DNA from: an uncultured Chloroflexia bacterium
GTDB taxonomy: Bacteria > Chloroflexota > Anaerolineae > CG2-30-64-16
Direction: 5' to 3'
Length of the DNA stretch: 64,000 nt
NCBI GenBank assembly: GCA_963774265.1
Contig: CAVZDU010000010.1
Location: forward strand, 367,289 to 431,288
The notes beneath the pieces are model-generated. The model saw only the letters and a list, made by a program, of their open reading frames with translations. It was not told the DNA's origin and searched no databases. Below, piece by piece: positions 56,231 to 64,000 of the stretch. Positions within the stretch are counted from its first letter, which is position 1. Every line of letters starts with the position of its first letter. The translations under genes were made by a program, and so were the position numbers.

Positions 56231-57135
56231 CCCTGTCCTCGCACGGCCTTGACCAGCGTCACGATGGGAAGTTTTGGCGCGTCGGGCAGTTCCAGGACCT
56301 GCTCGACGCGGAAACCGGTTTGCTCGAGCAGGCGCACCCACTGATTTGTGCCGAAATCGCGGTCGATCGGCTGGAAATCGGGGCGGCCGAACAGCAGCGT
56401 GCGCTGGACGAGCACGCGGGCCAGCCTGAAGAGCAGCCGAAAGTCGGGCGCCTGGCGCAAGAAACGGTTGTAGCCCCACCTGCGTAGAGAATTCGGGATG
56501 GGGAAGGACGCTCCAAGCACCCCGTCCGGCCGCAGCACGCGGCTGATCTCCTGCAGGGTGCGCGCCGGCGAAAAGGTGTGCTCGAGGGTGTCCGCGGCAA
56601 TGACAACATCGAAGAACCGGTCAGGATAGGGCAGGAACTCTCCGACGGAGACCGACACGGTGAGGTCCGGGTAACGAGATGCGGCTTTGGCAATGCCGGT
56701 GACGGAGATATCTAAAGCATAGCCTTCCACGCCTGGCGGCACATAAGCCCACAGATTGCCGGCGCCGGCGCCCAGGTCAAGCAGCCGCTTGCAGGCGAGA
56801 GGCGAGCCGAACGCGAGCATGGCTTCCTTCGTGGTCCGGTCGTATCCCCCGTCCAGGTCGGTGCCCATCAGGCCGTCGTGAGCGTATACCTTGTCGTAGA
56901 TCAGCTGGTATTGTTGGAGTGTGATGCGTTGAGCGTCCTCGGAGGCGATCGCCTGCAGCTGCTCGATGCTTGGCAGCAACACCGGCACGCTTTGTTGCAC
57001 TGGATAGTCGGCGCCACATACGGAACAAATCAGCTGATGATCGCCCGGACGCAGCGCGGATGCGGCGCAACTAAGACATCGGAAGGGTAGGCCTTGCTGC
57101 GCAGCGGGGGCGGATGCTGAGTTTGATTCTCTCAA
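56227..57135 (-). CDS. Class I SAM methyltransferase with a Trm112-like Zn-ribbon N-terminus
   Basis: CLSC...CSVCGADYP; LLDLGAGAG; LPYPDRFFDVV; EISRVLRPDG. Confidence 0.8.
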   Translation of the reverse strand: MRESNSASAPAAQQGLPFRCLSCAASALRPGDHQLICSVCGADYPVQQSVPVLLPSIEQLQAIASEDAQRITLQQYQLIYDKVYAHDGLMGTDLDGGYDRTTKEAMLAFGSPLACKRLLDLGAGAGNLWAYVPPGVEGYALDISVTGIAKAASRYPDLTVSVSVGEFLPYPDRFFDVVIAADTLEHTFSPARTLQEISRVLRPDGVLGASFPIPNSLRRWGYNRFLRQAPDFRLLFRLARVLVQRTLLFGRPDFQPIDRDFGTNQWVRLLEQTGFRVEQVLELPDAPKLPIVTLVKAVRGQG

Positions 57136-58634
57136 GTTCGATGTCCTTCTGCCGGAGGCTGCCTATCGTGTGTCAGGATTTCCTGATCCGCTACTCCTCC
57201 ACATGGCTCGCGCAACCCGTCACCTGATCTCGTATTCTCCAGCGCCACCAGCCCACCCATGAACAGCCACACCAGCACGCTGGCCTGGAAACCGGGGAAG
57301 CCGACGTTGTAGACGAAGGGCAGAAAGACGTCGGCCAGCAGCATGCTCACCATGCAGGCAACCCAGACGGCCAACATGCCGTTGGCGTAGCCTGCGGCGA
57401 AGCCGCTCTCAAAGCGCCGGCGCAGCTGCCAGGCCAGCCGGGCCACCTCCGCCATGAACCAGAGAAACAGCGCCAGGCCGAGCAGTCCCGCGTGGGAGAA
57501 GATGTCCACGTAGTTGTTGTGAGAGTTGATCTGCGGCGCAAGCCAATTGGCGCCCAGGTAGCGCAGCGGCTCCAGGGCCGTATAAGGCCGGTACGCGGCC
57601 GGGCCCAGGCCGGTGATCGGGTTGCGCAGGGTGACGCTGACCACGCGCTCGATGAGCACCAGACGCGAGGCGCCGCTGATGGTCCACTCTTCATCGCCGC
57701 CCGCGAAGCCGTAGAGCGTGGGAAACAGCACGCCCAAGGCGAGCAGCGCGACGATCACGATTGCCACGGGCCAGCGCAGCCGCGGAAAGCGCAGCCAGGC
57801 CAGGGCGCCCAGGGCCGCGGCCAGCGTCACCCAACCGGAGATCTGCTCCCGATTGATCGCGAGGGCAAAGGCCAGGGCGGCGAGCAGCGCCGCGACCAGG
57901 AAGATCCGCCACGCCGGGGAGAGCTGCCGGTTGAAGAGCAGTTGCCCGCCTCCGAGCCCGGCGAGCAGTGCCCACAGCGGCGCGCGGCGTAGGCGCCTGC
58001 GGGGATGCGTCCGATGAGCTCGCGCCAGGCCGGGCATTAGGATCACAATGGCCGCGCTGCCGATCAGCAGGAGGCAGAAGGCGGTCAGGCGCCACAGGCC
58101 GGACTGATCCGTGATCAGGTTAGCTGCCAGCCAGAAGGCCAGGGCCGAGAAGGCGAAGATGGCCCACTGGGCGAATTGCACCAGCAGGAAGTTGCCGCCC
58201 ACCGGCACGGTGGATCCCAGGTGGCGCGTCCGATCAGCAGTGAGAGCAGGTTGGCGGCCAGGAAGAGCAGCAGCGGCAGGTTGGCGCGGGCGCCCGCGAA
58301 CGCGCACATCGCGGCGGAGCATCCCTTTCAGCATCCAGACCACAGCCAGGATCGGGATCAGCAGGCTGACGACGTTAAGCGTTACATCTGTGCCGGTGCC
58401 TATTCCGATCGGTGAGAGCAGAGCCGCGGCCGCCACGGCCGGCGGGATCAGGGCCGGCCGCGCGAGCACGATGGATCCACCGATGCCGGCCGCTATCAAG
58501 CCCAGCCAGAGGGGGGAGGCCCGCTGGCCGAGCAGAAAGGCCAACGTCAACACGCCTGCGCTGACCAGCAGCATCGGCCAACTTGAGCGAGCGCTGGTTA
58601 AGCGGTGAGACGCAGAACGCAACATCAAAGACAT
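57132..58634 (-). CDS. O-antigen ligase/polymerase (Wzy_C)-like membrane protein (internal frameshifts likely)
   Basis: NPITGLGP, SHNNYVDIFSHAGLLGL, multiple TM segments. Confidence 0.8.
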   Translation of the reverse strand: MSLMLRSASHRLTSARSSWPMLLVSAGVLTLAFLLGQRASPLWLGLIAAGIGGSIVLARPALIPPAVAAAALLSPIGIGTGTDVTLNVVSLLIPILAVVWMLKGMLRRDVRVRGRPRQPAAAALPGRQPALTADRTRHLGSTVPVGGNFLLVQFAQWAIFAFSALAFWLAANLITDQSGLWRLTAFCLLLIGSAAIVILMPGLARAHRTHPRRRLRRAPLWALLAGLGGGQLLFNRQLSPAWRIFLVAALLAALAFALAINREQISGWVTLAAALGALAWLRFPRLRWPVAIVIVALLALGVLFPTLYGFAGGDEEWTISGASRLVLIERVVSVTLRNPITGLGPAAYRPYTALEPLRYLGANWLAPQINSHNNYVDIFSHAGLLGLALFLWFMAEVARLAWQLRRRFESGFAAGYANGMLAVWVACMVSMLLADVFLPFVYNVGFPGFQASVLVWLFMGGLVALENTRSGDGLREPCGGVADQEILTHDRQPPAEGHRT

Positions 58635-58686
58635 GGTTTTCCCTGTGTTTCCCTGAGACTGTCCGCCGTCACTGGGCGGCGACCAT

Positions 58687-59949
58687 CTACGTCGGCCCTG
58701 GCTGCGCGGCCGCTGTCAGCACCTGCCGGAACCGTGTGCACACGGAATCGGCATCGTGGGCCGCCAGGGCTAGCTGGCGCGCCCGGCGCCCCAACGCGGC
58801 GCGCGTTTCCTGCGATGCCATCAGCGCTTCGATAGCGCCGCGGAGCAGCGCTTGGTCGCGGCGTTCGACCACATAGCCCCAGCCTGCGTCCCGCGCATAG
58901 CGCACCGGTGGAACGTGCGCGGGGCCGTACACCAGGATGGGGGCGCCTGAAGCCATGTACTCAGGCACTTTTGTGGGCATGGAATACTGGGAGAATGCCA
59001 GGCTTTCAGGATCGAAGTTGACCGGCAAGACGAGCAAGTCGGCAGACGCCAGGCAGTTGCACAGATCGGGGCGGGCCACCGGGCCCGCAAATCGAACGGC
59101 TGCGAGCGCGCCAAGGTGATGGTCGTACACATCGCGGTAGATCTCGCCGCCATACACCGTGAGGTTGATCGCCGGACCTTGCGCCGCTATGAGCGAGATG
59201 GCCTGTGCAATATCCACCAGGCTGTGGAGCTGCAGGTTATGAGCCAGCGCTCCAAGATAGACAACCCGAAACTCTGTGCCTGACCGGGCGTAGTTGTCTT
59301 TCGGCGTGGACCAGTCTGCGCGATCGATCACATTGTGGAACGGAATGAATGAAGTTTCGTACCGTTTGGCGAAGGCCGCGGCCATCTCATCTGAGATCGC
59401 AAGGTTGTAACTGGCGCTGCCGAACAGCGCGGCCAACTGCCGCCGCAGGATCGGGACCATGATTTGCCTGTAGATCGGCGGCCATTCCTTCTTCACCGCG
59501 ACGGGCCAGTCGTCCATGATATGGTTGACCAGCGGCGCCTTGAGATCGCGAGAGAGCCAGCGCGGCAGCCACCACGTGTACATCGGATAGGGGGTCGCCT
59601 GGGAATAGATGACCTGAGGTCGGAATTCCTGGGCCCAAGCGCGAACCCTGGCGTAGGGCAGGCGAATCCCGGGACGTAGAATGGCTCGCGCCCATTTGAC
59701 GAGCGCCTGTTGCTGTCGGACCGTCTTGGGCACAAACGAGTCCCCCGGCATCCGATGCTCGCCCAGGTGCAGCGAGATGGAGCAGACCTCCGTGTCCAGG
59801 GAGAAGCGGTGGTGGGCCCATACCTGGGCAAGTGCCTCCTTGGGCCAACCCCGAAACAGGTTGCGCATGGTCACCCCGCCGCCTCCGATCGGGTTAATCG
59901 GCTCGTCGCAGAGTACCAGCACCCGCGGCAGTTGGTCCGAGTCAAGCAT
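58687..59949 (-). CDS. GT4 family glycosyltransferase
   Basis: HIMDDWP, ADLLVLPVNFD, SMPTKVPEYMASGAPIL. Confidence 0.85.
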   Translation of the reverse strand: MLDSDQLPRVLVLCDEPINPIGGGGVTMRNLFRGWPKEALAQVWAHHRFSLDTEVCSISLHLGEHRMPGDSFVPKTVRQQQALVKWARAILRPGIRLPYARVRAWAQEFRPQVIYSQATPYPMYTWWLPRWLSRDLKAPLVNHIMDDWPVAVKKEWPPIYRQIMVPILRRQLAALFGSASYNLAISDEMAAAFAKRYETSFIPFHNVIDRADWSTPKDNYARSGTEFRVVYLGALAHNLQLHSLVDIAQAISLIAAQGPAINLTVYGGEIYRDVYDHHLGALAAVRFAGPVARPDLCNCLASADLLVLPVNFDPESLAFSQYSMPTKVPEYMASGAPILVYGPAHVPPVRYARDAGWGYVVERRDQALLRGAIEALMASQETRAALGRRARQLALAAHDADSVCTRFRQVLTAAAQPGPT

Positions 59950-61004
59950 CAGTTGCCAACGCCTTCGCCTGTTCGGCCTCGATCATTTCGTCCACGATGT
60001 TATCTAATGTTCGTGTGATTCCCCAAGCCGGGTAGTCGGCTTGCAGACGCCGGAGGTCCGAGATGTAGCAGATGTGATCGCCCACCCGGTTCTTCTCATC
60101 ATAATGACAGTCGATGGGCCGGCCCAGGCGCGCCTCGATCATTTCGAAGGATTCGATCACCGATGCGCTGTTGCCGCGGCCGCCGCCCAGGTTGTAGACC
60201 GCGGCCACGCGAGGGGCTTTGATGAATTCCTCAAATGCGCGCACCACATCGTGGCTGTGGACCTGGTCCCGTACCTGTTTTCCCTTGTAGCCGAAGATGG
60301 TGTAGTGGCCCCCGCTGACGGCGACCTTGACCAGGTAGGAAAGGAAGCCGTGCAGCTCTACGCCGCTGTGGTTGGGGCCTGTTAAGCATCCGCCCCTGAA
60401 ACAGACCGTCGGCAACCCGAAATACCTGCCGTACTCCTGGACGAGCAGATCCGCGGCCGCTTTGCTGGCGCCGAAGACGCTGTGTGTGCTTTGATCAAGG
60501 CGGCAGGTCTCAGCGATGCCGTGGTAGTCCTCCTCGCGCGGCATACTCCCAGCGTGTTTCGAGCTCAACGAGCGGAAGCTCATTCGGCGCGTCGCCGTAC
60601 ACCTTATTGGTGCTCATGTAGACGAAGGGACTCTCGGGGCAGTGCTTGCGGGCCGCTTCCAACACGTTCACCGTTCCCACGACGTTGACGTCAAAGTCGT
60701 CCACCGGCCGCTGGTGCGACAGATCGTGCGAGGGTTGGGCCGCACAATGGATCACGGCATCCGGCCGATGCTCGATGAAGAAGCGGTCGACAGCCGACCG
60801 GTCGCGGAGGTCGATGTCAAAATGGCGAAAAGAGCGGGTGCTGGCTTGCAAGCGTTTGAGATTCCACCGGGTGTCGCCTTTCGGCCCGAAGAAGTCCATG
60901 CGCATGTTGTTGTCGATGCCATAGACGGCGTGCCCGAGTGCGTCGAAATACGTGACGGCTTCGGAGCCGATCAGACCACTCGAGCCGGTTACCAAAAGCC
61001 TCAT
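59942..61004 (-). CDS. NAD-dependent epimerase, CDP-paratose 2-epimerase-like (frameshift ~60540)
   Basis: [55 protein letters not shown]. Confidence 0.88.
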
Positions 61005-61030
61005 GAAACCTCCTTCGAAAATGATCTCGA

Positions 61031-62272
61031 TTACCCGGTTGGGACGGCGGCTGGCACCAGTTGGACCTGATAGCCCAGCTTCTCCAGGCGTTTGACGGCC
61101 CGCCGCTTCACAGCTTCACGGTCGCGCTCGTCGAAGTAGTTGCCGCCTAAGTCCTCGTACTTGGTTTGCCGAGTGATCAAGTAGTAGCCGGTGACCAGCA
61201 AGCTGTGCCCGACGGCCATTAGCGCCCGTTGTTTGCCCCGCCGGGCCGCCAGGCGCCCATAGAGCGCCTGGAAGTACTTGTGCTTGGTGCGGGCAGCGCC
61301 GTGCGCCGCTTCCACCAAGGCTCGCCGCAGCCAGGGACTGCCTTTGCGGGTCTTGCCACTGTAGCGTTTGCCGGCACTTTCGTTGTTGCCGGGACACATG
61401 CCCGCCCACGAAGCCAGATGCTCCGCATCCTCGAACGGCTGCAGGTCGGCCCCAATCTCAGCGACGACGATCTCCGCAATCCGCTGGTTGATCCCCGGCA
61501 GCGAGTCCCAGGCCGCCAGCGCCGGCGCAAAAGGGTGCATCTGCTCCGCGATCTGCTGGTCGAGCCGGTCGATGGCCTCGTCCAAGAAGTCGATGTGGCT
61601 CAGGTGTTGCGCCAACATGAAGCGATGATGCGCCTGCACGCGTCCACTTAGCGCCTTCTGCAGCAGGTCCAGCTTGTCCCGCAGGCGACCCTTGGCCAGC
61701 TCGGCTAACACGGCTGGATCGGCCTGGCCTTGCACGATCTGATCCAGCATCGCTCGTCCGCTGACACCCATCACATCGGTCGCCACGCTCGCCAGCTTGA
61801 TGTTGGCGTCTTCCAGCACCTTCTGCACCCGATTGATCTCACTGACGCGCTCATCGCCCAGCTTGGTGCGATAGCGAGTCAGATCGCGTAACGCACGTAG
61901 CTCAGCCGAAGGAATGAAGCTCCCTTTGAGCAGCCCGTGCCGCAGCAGGTCCGCAATCCGCTCCGCATCTTGCACATCCGTCTTGCGGCCAGCTAACGCC
62001 TTGATGTGCTCTGCATTGACCACCAGAATGGCAAACCGCCCGTCGAGCAGGTTGTACACCGGCTTCCAGTACACCCCGGTGCTCTCCATCGCCACGTGCG
62101 TGACCCCAAGGCCCTGCAACCATTCCGCCAGTGCTTCCAGGTTCTCGGTCAAGGTATCAAACGTGCGGGTCTCCTTCACCGATTGCCCATCCGGCCCAGG
62201 CACGATCGCACACGCCACCACCGTGCGCTTGTGCACATCGATCCCGCAGCACCGCTCATAGACCACTTGCAT
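61031..62272 (-). CDS. IS110-family DEDD transposase/recombinase (413 aa)
   Basis: [40 protein letters not shown]. Confidence 0.95.
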   Translation of the reverse strand: MQVVYERCCGIDVHKRTVVACAIVPGPDGQSVKETRTFDTLTENLEALAEWLQGLGVTHVAMESTGVYWKPVYNLLDGRFAILVVNAEHIKALAGRKTDVQDAERIADLLRHGLLKGSFIPSAELRALRDLTRYRTKLGDERVSEINRVQKVLEDANIKLASVATDVMGVSGRAMLDQIVQGQADPAVLAELAKGRLRDKLDLLQKALSGRVQAHHRFMLAQHLSHIDFLDEAIDRLDQQIAEQMHPFAPALAAWDSLPGINQRIAEIVVAEIGADLQPFEDAEHLASWAGMCPGNNESAGKRYSGKTRKGSPWLRRALVEAAHGAARTKHKYFQALYGRLAARRGKQRALMAVGHSLLVTGYYLITRQTKYEDLGGNYFDERDREAVKRRAVKRLEKLGYQVQLVPAAVPTG

Positions 62273-62294
62273 CGTGCGCCTCCGCTTGCTCGTG

Positions 62295-62450
62295 ATCGCC
62301 CCAGCGGAGTGCCTGATATGCGAAGAGTCTCCTTCGCGTACTCCCCCAAATTGGAGGGCCACAGTCTACGGTGCCTGCAGGCACTCGAGCCAAACTCCCT
62401 TGCGGACTCGTGGCACCAGGTAATTCATCCGACTTCATGCCAGGGCGTCT
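62295..62450 (-). ncRNA. Putative bridge RNA of IS110 copy 1
   Basis: Non-coding scaffold conserved with copy 2; stem GAGTGCCTG/CAGGCACTC (62307-62315/62378-62386); guide-like variable segments match the element end and flanks. Confidence 0.7.
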
Positions 62451-62455
62451 CCACC

Positions 62456-62483
62456 ATTCTACGCCCCCATTTTCATCCGTCAA
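62456..62483 (-). promoter_or_regulatory. Promoter in the IS110 upstream end, pointing into the putative bridge RNA and transposase
   Basis: TTGACG-16 bp-TAGAAT on the minus strand; TAGAAT also present in copy 2 (63950-63955). Confidence 0.6.
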
Positions 62484-62527
62484 CGGTGAGCCAACGGCTA
62501 ATCAGCAACTCCCTTGAAAATGACCTG

Positions 62528-63769
62528 TTACCCGGCTGGGGCAGCGGTCGGCGCCAAGTCGACCCGGTAGCCGAGCTTCTCCAAACGGCGTACAGCTCGG
62601 CGCTTGACTGCCTCACGGTCGCGTTCGTCGAAGTAGTTGCCGCCCAGGTCCTGGTAGGTCGTCTGCCGAGTGATCAGGTAGTAGCCGGTGACCAGTAAGC
62701 TGTGCCCGACGGCGACTGCTGCCCGCTGTTTGCCTCGCCGGGCGGCCAGGCGGCGATAGAGCGCCTGAAAGTACTTGTCTTTGGTGTGGGCGGCGCCATG
62801 TGCGGCTTCGATGAGCGCTCGCCGCAACCAGGGACTGCCTTTGCGGGTGCGACCACTCTTGCGCTTGCCCGCACTTTCGTTGTTGCCGGGACACATGCCG
62901 GCCCAGGAGGCCAGGTGATCCGCATCCTCGAAAGGCTGCAGGTCGGCCCCGATCTCGGCGACGATGATCTCAGCGATGCGCTGGTTGATGCCCGGCAGCG
63001 AGTCCCATGTCGCCAAGGCCGCCGCAAAAGGGCGCATCTGCTCCTCGATCTGCTGATCGAGTTGGGCGATTGCTTCATCCAGAAAGTCGATGTGGCTCAG
63101 ATGCTGGGCCAGCATGAAGCGATGATGCGGCCGCACCCGCCCGCTCAACGCCTTCAGCAACAGGTCTTGCTTGTCGCGCAGGCGACCTTTCGCCAACTCA
63201 GCCAAGATGGCGGGATCGGTTTGGCCCCCGACGATCTGGTCCAGCATCGCCCGCCCGCTGACGCCCATCACGTCGGTGGCCACACTGGCCAGCTTGATGT
63301 TGGCGTCTTCCAACACCTTCTGCACCCGGTTGACCTCGCTCTTGCGCTCATCGCCCAACTTCGTGCGATAGCGCGTCAGGTCGCGCAACTCGCGCAAGAC
63401 CTGTGAGGGGATGAAGCTGCCCTTCAGCATCCCGTGGCGCAACAGGTCCGCGATCCACTCCGCATCCTGCACGTCCGTCTTGCGCCCAGCCAAGGCCTTG
63501 ATGTGCTCGGCATTCACCACCAGGATGGCGAAACGCCCGTCCAGCAGGTTGAACACCGGCTTCCAGTACACCCCGGTGCTCTCCATCGCCACGTGCGTCA
63601 CCCCAAGCCCCTGCAACCAGCCCGCCAGCGCCTCCAGGTTCTCAGTCATCGTCGCAAAGGTCCGGGTCTCCTTCACCGGTTGACCGTCCGCCCCCGGCAC
63701 GATCGCACACGCCACCACGGTCTGCTTGTGGACATCGATCCCGCAGCAGCGCTCATACACCACTTGCAT
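62528..63769 (-). CDS. IS110-family DEDD transposase/recombinase (413 aa)
   Basis: Same motifs and length as copy 1, but diverged. Confidence 0.95.
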   Translation of the reverse strand: MQVVYERCCGIDVHKQTVVACAIVPGADGQPVKETRTFATMTENLEALAGWLQGLGVTHVAMESTGVYWKPVFNLLDGRFAILVVNAEHIKALAGRKTDVQDAEWIADLLRHGMLKGSFIPSQVLRELRDLTRYRTKLGDERKSEVNRVQKVLEDANIKLASVATDVMGVSGRAMLDQIVGGQTDPAILAELAKGRLRDKQDLLLKALSGRVRPHHRFMLAQHLSHIDFLDEAIAQLDQQIEEQMRPFAAALATWDSLPGINQRIAEIIVAEIGADLQPFEDADHLASWAGMCPGNNESAGKRKSGRTRKGSPWLRRALIEAAHGAAHTKDKYFQALYRRLAARRGKQRAAVAVGHSLLVTGYYLITRQTTYQDLGGNYFDERDREAVKRRAVRRLEKLGYRVDLAPTAAPAG

Positions 63770-63789
63770 GGCTCACCCCCGCTGATCTC

Positions 63790-63945
63790 GATCGCTCCAG
63801 CGGAGTGCCTGATCATCGAAGAATCTCCCTTGCGTGCTTTCCCCTGGCGGGGCGCAACAGTCAGCGGTGCCTGCAGGCACTCAAGCCAAACTCCTTACGG
63901 ACTCGTGGCACCAGGTAAACATCCGACTTCGCACTGGAGCGTCAC
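63790..63945 (-). ncRNA. Putative bridge RNA of IS110 copy 2
   Basis: Homologous scaffold to 62295-62450 with different guide segments. Confidence 0.7.
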
Positions 63946-64000
63946 TCGTATTCTACCCATTTTCATCGCGCAGCGGTGAGCCTTGGCTCATAGACAACTC

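Larger units (their letters stand above)
61010..62510 (-). mobile_element. IS110-family element, copy 1
   Basis: Very short downstream end, ~240-bp upstream non-coding end, CT core at both junctions, no terminal inverted repeats or target duplication. Confidence 0.85.
62509..63999 (-). mobile_element. IS110-family element, copy 2 (directly abutting copy 1)
   Basis: Same architecture as copy 1; ends ...CAACT at 63999, matching the copy 1 end at 62510. Confidence 0.85.

Noticed and set aside
62273-62362. 30-aa N-terminal extension of IS110 transposase copy 1 given in the ORF track
   Set aside because: Copy 2 starts at the homologous MQVVYERCC, and the extension overlaps the conserved non-coding RNA scaffold.

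Overview
GC-rich bacterial chromosomal segment, most consistent with Chloroflexota (Anaerolineae/Caldilineae-like, inferred from gene families). Many genes are split by single-base indels that look like long-read assembly errors rather than real pseudogenes. Bases 1-36.5 kb are mostly housekeeping and envelope genes: tilS, RlmI-like methyltransferase, GH99-like hydrolase, hpt, M23 peptidase, rplY, a complete IS with inverted repeats and a 9-bp target duplication, a GH/O-antigen-ligase fusion, UDP-glucuronate decarboxylase, fabF, lysA-dapF, tlyA, nitrilase, alaS-baseplateJ-like-ruvX-mltG, pdp, trmFO and two LysM proteins. Bases 36.6-64 kb are a long minus-strand run (miaB, uvrA, dynamin-like, CapA, yigZ, TolB-like) leading into a surface-polysaccharide cluster that ends in two tandem IS110 elements. 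Four observations stand out. (1) The putative IS110 bridge RNAs appear programmed against Shine-Dalgarno/start-codon sequences, the insertion sits inside a gene's RBS, and the element end rebuilds that RBS. (2) A transposase-free two-gene cassette with its own promoter lies antisense in the polysaccharide operon between 13-bp direct repeats made of the local heptamer repeat. (3) Heptamer microsatellites supply start and stop codons and occur inside glycosyltransferase coding sequence. (4) A 42-bp palindromic element is inserted in frame in three unrelated proteins.
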